Part shown: positions 1-9,775 of the stretch, piece after piece
Numbering within the stretch: the first letter of the stretch is position 1
How the letters are laid out: each line of letters begins with the position of its first letter
Assembly (NCBI GenBank): GCA_030390025.1
Contig: CM059438.1
Location: 64,606,001-64,670,000, forward strand
From: Squalus acanthias
Lineage: Eukaryota
Length of the DNA stretch: 64,000 nt
Reading direction: 5' to 3'
Position numbers and translations under genes: made by a program
Notes under the pieces: generated by a model
What the model saw: the letters and a program-made list of their open reading frames with translations, nothing else
What the model was told of the DNA's origin: nothing
The model's database searches: none

Positions 1-203
1 TTAAAAACACTGTTAAGGGTCTGACAACAAGGTATTAATGAGCTAAATTAGGTCTCCCGCCTCTGGCGTTCGGGTCCTTGCTGCGCTGGCAAACGCGCCA
101 CAGTTAAAGGCGTGAGGAGGCGGACTGATGGCGGGGTCCTGACGCGCTCCCATTTATTGTGAATTTTACTCCCGACCCGCCTCCAATCCTGCACGCACAG
201 CAG
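1..203. mobile_element. Remnant of a GC-rich non-autonomous DNA transposon (MITE-like), truncated by window start and by the element at 204
   Basis: CCCGACCCGCCTCCAA-type subterminal motif resembles those in the MITEs at 2059-2903 and 44875-45226; no terminus visible. Confidence 0.4.
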
Positions 204-754
204 CAGTCGCGCCCCCTGATTTACCGCCAGACGCTATGTCCGACGGGTTCAGGGAGGCGTACGTGCGGCCGGGGCGGCGATATTTAAAGGGGAGGTGGCA
301 GGCGGCCATTTTTGTTGCTGGCCGCCTGCCAGCACCTGCCCCCGTTGCTGTCCCGGCCCCCGTGAAGCCCCCCCACCGTGAAGTGCCGGCTGCGCTCCAA
401 GAGCCCGGCACTTCTCTTGAGTGCCGGGCTCTTTTGCCGGCACTCCCGATCCCTGGGGGCCCAGCTGGGCCCCGGTTCGCGCTGCGCAGGGTCCCTCCCC
501 TTTAAGAAGGGGAGGAAGGCCTGCAATACCGCGGCGCGACGTGCCGCAGCGCGTGGCGCTGCGGCACGTAGCGCCAGGATATTCACTCGCAGCGCCCCAA
601 GAGGGATGCGGGGTGCTTCCAGTGGCGCCCCGCTTCCCTCTTGGGGCGCAACCACTGAAGTTCTGGCGCGGGGCCGCTAATTTTTTCGGGGCGCTAAAAG
701 TCGCGCCCCGGCGAGGTTAGCGCCCCAAATGGGGCGCGACTGAATTTTTACCCC
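204..754 (-). mobile_element. One-ended, very GC/CpG-rich Harbinger-type non-autonomous element (copy A)
   Basis: Right end reads GGGGTAAAAATTCAGT on the minus strand, like the TIR GGGGGAAAAATTCAGT at 42010; near-identical inverted copy at 12663-13163. Confidence 0.8.
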
Positions 755-1440
755 CAAGATTCTTTTTCTAACTATAGTGTCGCCAAGCTTGCTGAAATCA
801 ACCTGTTCACAGGAGCTTGTAAATGACTTTTCCCGTCGCATTCAAGTGGAATCTTTCAAAGTAGCAACCTAAAACCTTTCAGAGTAGTACAGCACACTCA
901 AACATACCAGGTGCAGATTCAAACTCCGATGGTTCTGATTGATAGAGTACCAAGGGCAGCCTGAACAAGTAAGGAACTGTCAACGACCGTAAGATTGGAC
1001 TGTGATTGAAATGAAAATTGATTCACAGGGAGGGCAGGGTTATAAGGGGAAGGATATGTGAGTATTTAAATTGTACTGATATATTTAGAATCTTAAACAG
1101 TGACAGCCTCAGATGTAAATTGACTGTAAATAATTAATTTCAAATACTTTTATGAGGTTTAGTGCTGGTGACGATTAATTTCCGTGGCACAAATAGCTAG
1201 TTGTATAATTTAATGTATGAAAGTACTTATTTTCGCAGTAAAATTGGAAGTGGTGGCGGAATCCTTGAGAGAGTGTCAACTTGATTTGAGAGAGCTGCCT
1301 AATCGCAAAAACAAGGAAATGCAAAAACAAGATTAATTAACTCTTTGTGCACTGCTTTCGAAGCGCTTGAAGGACTTATTTTGGTTCCCTCGGGAGAACA
1401 GCCACTTGATCCTGATCATGATTTAATCTAAGAAGAAAAG

Positions 1441-1868
1441 AAAGAAAGACTTGCATTTCTATAGCGCCTTTCACCACCTCAGGATGTCCCAAAGCGCTTT
1501 ACAGCCAATGAAGTACTTTTTGAAGTGCAGTCGCTGTTGTAATGTAGGAAATGCGGCAGCCAATTTGTGCACAGCAAGCTCCCATAAACAGCAATGAAAT
1601 AAGTGTTGGTTGAGGGATAAATGTTGGCCAGGACACTGGGAAAACTCTTCTATTCTCTTGTTCGAAATAGTGCCATGGGATCTTTAATCAGGATCCTGAG
1701 CAGGCAGATGGGGGCCTCAGTTTAATGTCACATCCGAAATGCAGCACCTCCGACATTGCAGCACTCCCTCAACACTGCACAGAAGTGCCAGCCTAGATGC
1801 TGTGCTCAAGTCTTTGGAGTGGGGTTTGACTCCACAACCTTCTGACTCAGAGGCGAGAGTGCTGCCAT
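1441..1868 (-). mobile_element. DeuSINE (SacSINE1-like), near full length
   Basis: Reverse complement matches the copies at 8372 and 58716: tRNA-like head, Deu core and AAAGGCGCTATAGAAATGCAAGTCTTTC tail. Confidence 0.85.
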
Positions 1869-2058
1869 ATTAAGGAAGGTGACCATTATAATCGTGGAAA
1901 ATCACCCTTATGGTTGACGCTTACAGCCAATTTCAGCCCATGTTGAATATACCTTGCTACAAAGGGGAATGTTTTGCTGTGTGCGCATCTCTTTATGTTG
2001 TTATACTGATTGATATATCGGACTTAGTCCATCCACCTGTCTCGATATGAACTGTATT

Positions 2059-2903
2059 GGGCTGGATTTTCAATGACCCGTGGAGTCGGGTTTGGAGGCG
2101 TGTGGGGGGGTTAAAGTTGCAGAATCGGTGTTCCCGACCCCATCCCGCCTCCAACCCACCTCCATGCCAGTTTCGCTGGCGGCGGGTACCCGACCTGTGC
2201 TGAGACCCGACTCCCCGATGTGGGAAGGGATTAGTGACAATTAACTGCCTGTTAACAGGTAGTTAACAGGCAGTTTTTTTGATAATCCCTATTTTAAATG
2301 GTGAAATGTGGGCTTCCCGACAGGTGGCAACCACGCCAAGTTATCGGGGCAGACCGTGGGTCTGCAGGGGTTGGAGGGGTCGATATGTCCGGTGGGCAGG
2401 TGAGTGATGGGTGCATGTGTGCAGAGGTAAGTGTCTAAGGTAAGTGCTAAGTGTTGGAAAAAGTTTTACTTACCTTAACTTCCTCCTGCAGGTGTCAGCC
2501 CTTCAGTTCTCGGGAGACAGAAATCTCACCGGCACAGAAAGCAGAAAAGCCGTGGACCTGTCAAAAACTGCAGCCTTCTGTTTTCTGTGGTGGAATGATT
2601 TCTAACTCAGCCTGAGAGGAAGGACTGAAGTTAGAAATCATATTGTCAGTGTTTGACAGCTTCACAGAGCTGTCAAATGCTGATATTTCATCTGTCAAAA
2701 GCTCTTGACAGATGAAATGTCAATCTGTGACATCACCTGTTGCCGGGTGGCCCTTAATTGGCCTGCTGAGCCCACTGGGCGGGCTCAACAAGGTCAATCA
2801 AGGGAAAATACACTGGGTTGGCCACATCTCGATGGAGGTGGGTTTACAAGCCAGAATGTGTGATTCCCGACCCCAACCCGACCCCAGTTTCAAAATCCAG
2901 CCC
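2059..2903. mobile_element. Harbinger-type MITE, 845 bp
   Basis: Perfect 12-bp TIR GGGCTGGATTTT / AAAATCCAGCCC; 3-bp TSD ATT on both sides; related copy at 24890-25717. Confidence 0.9.
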
Positions 2904-3689
2904 ATTGTCTTTGAGTTCTGCCTATTTGCCAGCTCACAAGGAATCAATAATTTCTAAATGTTTGAGGAGATTTCAACGATGATGGGAATATAATACAATG
3001 TGAATAATATGGATGCCTTAACTTGAGCCCGGATTATCACCTTGCGGTGTTCTATCCACACCGCAGGAGGCTGTAGGGCTGTGGCAAGCCATCCTCAGTT
3101 CCAAGTTATTCTTCTGTTCATGGATGGGCTTTGCTTGGACAGGTGAGCCGCACCAAAACAGTATTTCTGACATCTAAGGACATGCCAAACAATTAAAGGA
3201 AGGCCCGTTAACCAGGAATATCAGTCTCGATCAGGATGTTTAGACAACTGGCTCCTTGTAGTAGTCTTTGACTGCGGTTACATTGCCAGTTTCGCATCAA
3301 TGTGAAATGGGTGCGGGTGTACCTCTGTGCCCGTGCGGTAGTATAACTCAGCTGTCAGGTCTTCATCCAACACCCAAGTGCTATGAAGCCAAAAGTGTAT
3401 GTAACCCCTGCCAAGCTAGCATGAAGACTCAATCAGCTGCATTGTAATTCCCACTTGCTGCAGGGCTGCATTTTAGAAGTGCTTGGGTGGTCCGTTGGTC
3501 TAACTGGGCCACCAAACAGCTTTCAAAAACTCTGTGTGGAGTCATGAGAGAGCCGACACTCTTTGTCCAACATTTAAAAATGAGGGGCCGAAGTGGTGCA
3601 GCTCTGCGTGTGTGTCCAAGCACGAATGCACAGAGCTTCTTTCTCAGCCCATCCTACCGCGTCCTGGACGGCTGCAGATCTAACCTTTT

Positions 3690-3969
3690 GGCCCGAAATT
3701 TCCTGTAACTTTTCAGCATAACTACAGCATAAGTGCGGACTTGTACCTTTTGCCCCCCCCCGCAAAGAATTTCGCATGAAACTGATTTATATCAGTTTCG
3801 CTCTGAAACGTAACTAAGCGCAAATGTCCACGAATATTTACACAACTTCAGAGATGTGTCTGCCGCTCATTTACATCGCTCCGCCCCCCCCCCCCCCCCC
3901 TATGTAACAGACCGGCTCACGCGAGTTTCCTGCCTTTACGCCAGTAATGTGCTGTCATAGATTTACCCC
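3690..3969. mobile_element. Possible short MITE
   Basis: Ends GGCCCGAAATTT and GATTTACCCC resemble the family TIRs; no matching TSD. Confidence 0.35.
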
Positions 3970-4390
3970 TAAAACAGCTAGGCAGCTGGACCGAGAAGTC
4001 GCCTGATGTCAACCAAACTGGAGGAGATACTGCATTTCTCAGGTCTGAAGCTTTAATTTTTCTGGGAAAGAGACACTTTTATAACTATTGATGCTTCCTT
4101 GTTCAAAACTACCCTTTTTATTTCCCTCTATATAAATAATCTTAACTGTTAATTAGAAGCTGCAGTGTGTGCCCTAGAGATTTAAAGACTTTTCAAGTTC
4201 CCCTCCATAAACTTATTTAAGTGAACATCTAACCTGAATACGTAAATTGCAAGATCTCCGGAGCATTGTCCATAGAACTGTATTAGTGCATGTGTAATTT
4301 CTAAGGAACTAGCATCATGATGTTTGATTCTACCACAGATGTTTTTGTAAATAACTAAAGCACAACTGCAGAGTCCTTAGAATTGCTTAC

Positions 4391-4718
4391 GGTGCCGCCT
4401 TTGGGATGAGACGTTAAACCGAGGCTCCGTCTGCTCTCTCAGGTGGGCGTAAAAGACCCCGTGGCACTATTTCGAAGAAGAGCAGGGGGTTTCTCCCCGG
4501 TGTCCTGGCCAATATTTATCCCTCAACTGAAATCCCTCAACCAGATCATCGGGTCATTAGCACATTGCTGTCCGTGGGACCTTGCTTGCTGTGCGCAAAC
4601 TGGCTGCCGCATTTCCTACAACAGCGACTACACTTCAAAAGTACTTTGTTGGTTGTAAAGCGCTTCAGGACATCCCGTGATTGTGAAAGGCGCTACATAA
4701 ATGCAAGTCTTTCTTCTT
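4391..4718 (+). mobile_element. DeuSINE, 5'-truncated
   Basis: Deu core GAAGAAGAGCAGGGG...CCCCGGTGTCCTGGCCAATATTTATCCCTCAA and the same tail as the full copies. Confidence 0.9.
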
Positions 4719-4873
4719 TGTTATTATGTGACTTATTGAAATAGAGATTGAGGCATTGGGTAGGAGAGATTTTACAAGTAAATATCAAAGTAAATAAATA
4801 CTGGTCCAATTCAGTAATACAATTGTGAGAAGTCGCACAACACCAGGTTATAGTCCAACAGCTTTATTTGAAA

Positions 4874-4910
4874 TCACAAGCTTTCGGAGCGCTGCTCCTT
4901 CGTCAGGTGA
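4874..4910 (-). ncRNA. Minimal type I hammerhead ribozyme motif (inverted-arm copy)
   Basis: Exact reverse complement of 5215-5251. Confidence 0.7.
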
Positions 4911-5214
4911 AGTGAAGAGATGCATATAGGCACAGCACATATAGTCAGAGAACACTGCCAGATGATTACAGTTAATCTTTCTAACTGCCCTTTATCACAC
5001 CTCGGCAGAGAGATAATCACGGCAATCAAAGGTGTGGATGGTGTCCAACCAGGTCAGTCAGGAAAACATTACCTGTTTGGACACCATCCACACCTTTGAT
5101 TGCCGTGATTATCTCTCTGCCAAGGTGTGATAAAGGGCAGTTAGAAAGATTAACTGTAATCATCTGGCAGTGTTCTCTGACTATATGTGCTGTGCCTATA
5201 TGCATCTCTTCACT

Positions 5215-5251
5215 TCACCTGACGAAGGAGCAGCGCTCCGAAAGCTTGTGA
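5215..5251 (+). ncRNA. Minimal type I hammerhead ribozyme motif
   Basis: UCAC-CUGACGA-A-GGAGC(AGC)GCUCC-GAAA-GCUU-GUGA: core boxes CUGANGA and GAAA, 5-bp stem II, stem I UCAC/GUGA, palindromic AAGCUU in place of stem III. Confidence 0.75.
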
Positions 5252-5819
5252 TTTCAAATAAAGCTGTTGGACTATAACCTGGTGTTGTGCGACTTCTCAC
5301 ATTTGTCCACCCCAGTCCAACACCGGCATCTCCACATCATCAGTAATACAATAATAAAGGTGGTAGTATTTTACTGTGGGATCCAGTTGCAGCTCCTGTT
5401 CAAATCTCATTTTCTAAAATTTCACATGTGGGCTTCCTCAATTAGTTACACTTATCAAGGACTAACAGTGAAGAACCAAGTTTAATTTATTTGCAAGTTT
5501 CATTATTTACAGAAATATACAATGAAGTAAAAATCTTAGCCTACAGGTGTATAGTTCTGATTAGCTTTATTAAGACATGACTAAAACAACCATTAATTTA
5601 AGCCTCTGTCCAGCCATTTAGAATATAGAAATTAGAATGCTAAGATAAGACAGCTGAATTTGCCTTGGTTTTACACCGTTTATTAAAGTCTGGCGTAGGC
5701 AAAAGCGCTCCACAGGAAATTTGTGCATAACATCCCTTCGGCAAGGTTGGCTGCAGAAACCGGCGTAAATTTTGGCGTAATTTCTGCCTAAGTGCAATCC
5801 AGGAAATTCCAGCCCATAT

Positions 5820-5930
5820 AGGGCTATGGAGAAAGAGCAGGGGGAGTGGGACTAATTGGACAGCTCTTTCAAAGAGCCGGCACAGGCACGATGGGCCGAA
5901 TGGCCTCCCTCTGTGCTGTATGATTCTATA
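5820..5930 (+). mobile_element. CR1 LINE 3' end fragment
   Basis: GATGGGCCGAATGGCCTCC...TGTATGATTCTAT 3' terminus shared with 41795-42009 and 36027. Confidence 0.75.
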
Positions 5931-6892
5931 ACAGCAGTCTGCCAGCTGAGCCTCAATGGTATGGACACTGGTCCAAGACCGGTAGTTCCAGTCCAGTCGT
6001 AACTTTCTGTCATCACTGGCGCTGTGGAATCCGCTCCACAGCACCTGCAACCAAGGTGAACAGAACCACACCTACTGTGAAGCCATTTTGTGTAGCAATC
6101 TATGGGTATTGCTTGCAAGCGTCAGTGAGGGGAGCGAATGAATGATGGAGGAATGAATCAGGCTTCAACCTTAGCTTGGAGACAGAGGCCAGGGTTTTCT
6201 GTTGCTGCACTCGACAGCTCATAATCCACCGCTCATTAAAGGGAGTGCGGAAATCACAGGCTTGGAGCAGAGAGGCGGAAAACCCCAGCCAAGCTGTCTA
6301 TGAAGAGAATGCAGAACATAATGATCAAAAAGTCTTCATTAAAAACACTACGCGATGAGTCACAATTTTTAAGCTGATTCCATGTGCAAAACTGCCTCCC
6401 CCCACCACCCGCATATATTTCTATTATACTTTAATTAACACACTGAAAGGTGCTATTAACTCAAACTGTGCAAATGAAAAAGAGTACAAAAAATTATTTT
6501 TTAAACAGTTTAATTTATAAAAGGCCGTTTGAGATAACGGTTCAGAAATGTATAATTTAAAAATGGCAATTCAGCAAAGTTAAAATATATTAGCGGAAAA
6601 GCTAATGTAATTATAATTACAAGGTCCATGCAATTTGACTCATTTTCATAAGAAAGAGACTGCGAGATGTAGTAGCTGATGGTAAAGAGAGAGACCTTTG
6701 ACTGTTGCACTGCAATTAGTACGATAAATTCACCTTGAACATGTCTCCTTCAGTTGAAATTATAGAGCTGTCAGACGAGCTGGGTTTAAAGGGGTTTAGT
6801 ACAGATTAAGGCTACAGCGCTCAGCACTTCGATAACAGTCAGACAAATAGAAAATTAGAAACTTTGATTTGTTGACGTCTTACAACTGTGTT

Positions 6893-6939
6893 TCTCTCTG
6901 TCTCTCTGTCTCTTTCTCTCTCTCTCTCCCTCCCTCCCC
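6893..6939. repeat. (CT)n-rich microsatellite
   Basis: TCTCTCTGTCTCTCTGTCTCTTTCTCTCTCTCTCCCTCCC. Confidence 0.85.
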
Positions 6940-7064
6940 TAATCCACTTGTTCATCCCAGTGGCTATGCCAGCTCTGAGCTTGACACAGACTGGATTTGG
7001 TAACATTAGTTGCGATGAGGGTGGACATTGTACGTCACTTCGACATAGCTAATGCTCAGCTGGC

Positions 7065-7460
7065 AAAAAGTTTTTGAGGGTACTGAGGCAGTTTACTGTG
7101 GTGAAAGGTTCAAATCCAAGAGGAGTACTTTTAGGAATGGGAAGGGAATTGGTGCAGCCATGCATGAACTGTAGAAGGAGTGGTCTTGATGCATTTGAAT
7201 GGACTCTTTCTCGTTCCAAGCTTTCTTATGGTTTTAAGGGAAGTCAAGCAAGACATAATCACCCATAGAGAAATAGATTTGTGCAATGACCTACCAGGAA
7301 AGGCCATTCCAGTGAACAGTGTAAAGATATTTGAGACAATTGGACTTGATTTTGGCGAGAGAATTAATAGAGATAAGGTGAGAAGGCAGGTAGATGGGAC
7401 TGATCTCAGCAGGATAACTGGACTTAATAACTTATTCCTGTTCCTAAAATGTATTTGATA
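7065..7460 (+). mobile_element. Old CR1-like LINE 3' fragment
   Basis: Degenerate C-terminal ORF2 peptide (HREIDLCNDLP...VNSVKIF, cf. QRVVNLWNSLP...ANSLNIF in younger copies). Confidence 0.5.
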
Positions 7461-7631
7461 TCGGACAGATGATTGGGTCTGAGAGTTAGAGAGAGAGAGG
7501 AAAGAAATGACCAGATCAGATTGAGGATGAGGATCTTTGAATTGGTCAATTAGATCGCCATTTCTCAATCGCGCATTTCTCTGACACGCCAGGAAATATT
7601 AACGAGCTCTCTACATATAAGTTACTCATTC

Positions 7632-8062
7632 TTAGGATGTGAGTTGCTGGCAAAGCCGGCATTTATTACCCATCCCTAGTTTCCCATAGAAAGTGTTGGT
7701 GGGCCTTCATTTTGAACTGCAAGTAGCAGTTTGATATAATTGGCTTGCTAGGGTACGTCAGAGGGCAGTTAAGAGTCAACCACACTGCTGTGGGATCGGA
7801 GTCACATATGAGCCAGACTGGGTAAGGACGGCAGGTTTTCTTTCCTAAAGGACATTCGTGAACCAGTTGGGTTTTTACGACAATCCAACAGCTTCAAGTT
7901 TACTTTCTACTGATATCAGCTTCTTATTTACAGATTTTTTTTTAAACTGACGTAAAATTCTTAAACTGTCTTGGAGAATTTGAAATCCCATTACTCTGGA
8001 TTATTAGCCCAGGCCTCTGGATTACTAATCTAGTAATATAACCACGACACTACCATACCCAG
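7632..8062 (-). mobile_element. tRNA-derived SINE whose tail matches the LINE at 32029-33198
   Basis: tRNA-like head near 8060; tail GGGATGGGTAATAAATGCCGGCTTTGCCAGC matches LINE 3' end at about 33135-33180; second copy at 46990-47360. Confidence 0.75.
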
Positions 8063-8371
8063 TAACTGCAGTTTATTTTACTTGAGTATATAATCTGTTC
8101 ACTAGAAAGTCTCATTTATTTGTCAACTGTATTCAAAACCTCAGAGTGAAGTATTTGTAAAGATTCCCTGTTGGACAATGTCTTGCATATTATTAATTAT
8201 GAAGGAGCATTTATCTGAATTTTTCCTGTTTCATTCTGATATTGTGGTTGAGTCACTATCATTGGCCTGTTGATTACAGAAGCCTGGGGACACATTCCAC
8301 GGGCAATGACTATTTAATCCTTGGCAAAAAAAAAGATTTGTCCAAGATTGCAAGATATGCACCATTGAGAA

Positions 8372-8838
8372 GTGTCGGTCGTGGCTCAGTTGGTAGCACT
8401 CTCGCCTCTGAGTCAGGATATTGGGGTTCAAGTCCCACTCCAGAGACTTCAGCACAAAAATCTATGCTGATACTCCAGTTCGGTGCTGAGGGAGCGCTGC
8501 ACTGTTGGACATACCGTCTTTTGGATGAGCTATTAAATTGAGGTCCCGTCTGCTCTCTCAGGTGGACGTAAAAGATCCCATGGCACTATTTCGAAGAAGA
8601 GCAGGTGAGTTATCCCCGGTGTCCTGGTCAATATTTATCCCTTAATCAGCATTACTAAAACAAATTACCTGGTCATTATCATATTGCTGCTTGTGGGAGC
8701 TTGCTGTGCGCAAATTGGCTGCTGCGTTTCCTACATTACAACAGTGACTATACTTCAAAAGTATTTCATTGGCTGTATAGCGCTTTGGGACATCTGGTGG
8801 TCATTAAAGGCGCTATACAAATGCAAGTCTTTCTTTCA
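8372..8838 (+). mobile_element. DeuSINE (SacSINE1-like), full length
   Basis: A box TGGCTCAGTTGG, B box GGTTCAAGTCC, Deu core, L2-like tail. Confidence 0.9.
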
Positions 8839-9775
8839 TTTCAATTCATCTGCCCCGAGGGACCATAAAGTCCCCCCATTGCAGCATCCAATTAACTCTC
8901 GAATGATTCCAGGGGATTTACCTCCACTGCCCCAATCTGGAAGTCCATTCCTGTTGATCACTCTTTGAGGGTATTTTTCACTTGAGTGGTATACTGGCAG
9001 AGCAGATCGCCCGCCCCTTATAGAATAAGAGGTGGACAATCCGTGTCAGCAGTTAATGCCCAAGTGGAGAAAGTGAAAATTACCCAATTTGTGTGAAGAA
9101 AAATTTCCTAATATATTCGTCCTAAATTTGTCTTCTAAACCTGTGAGCCCTTGTTCTACTCTCTCTCGTAGTTTAATATGAAGCAATTTTCTGGATTTAC
9201 CTCTTCCATTTGAGTATCTCTCTGCGACCCCAGCACCACATCAAGGGAGGCATCATTGAAATGCGGCGCAGCCTTTGCCTATCTGGAATCCATTCTTAAA
9301 TTTCCTCTTCTATTGCATCCAACTCCATCTCCTCCAAATTAGCATCTTCGGATTGGCCCTTTAAATACTGAAATGGAGATCCTCATCATGCCCGCTGCCG
9401 CTGACTGGACGGCAAACCCGGAAGTGAAATGCTAATGAACTGGCTGAGTTAAAATGCCAGTGACAGTTGACAGACGCGCTGAACTTACTTCTGGGTTGTC
9501 TGCGCAATAACGGACCCCTCCCTCCCCCACACCGCACTCCGAATATGTCTCTGATTAAACATCGGGGCCAATGTGCCCACTGACATCAGTTCGGTTCCTG
9601 AACGCTTTCCGTGCTCAGCAATTCATTCCGCCCAATCCCCTAGGTTGCCATGGTACTCTGGGCTAGAAATTCATTATAGCCCTGGAGTGGGGGTTGTAAA
9701 ATTAGAAAGGTTTGAGAATTAGCGCCAGGCACTAATGCTTTAGATTGCATGAAAAATTCGTGCTCACTGCTCTTA

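Larger units (their letters stand above)
4824..5339. mobile_element. Penelope-like element (PLE) ends in inverted arrangement
   Basis: Arms 4824-5054 and 5071-5301 are reverse complements (2 mismatches seen), 16-bp spacer, 38-nt extra tail on the right, TSD TCAGTAATACAAT (4811-4823 and 5340-5352), hammerhead core and AATAAA in each arm. Confidence 0.9.

Noticed and set aside
166..720. Several overlapping ORFs, repeated at 12697-13118
   Set aside because: Stop-poor frames of a very GC-rich MITE; no domain recognisable.
778..1336. Possible plus-strand terminal exons (SPSLLKSTCSQELV... and KLEVVAESLRECQLDL...)
   Set aside because: Short, unrecognised peptides after plausible acceptors; no connected gene model.
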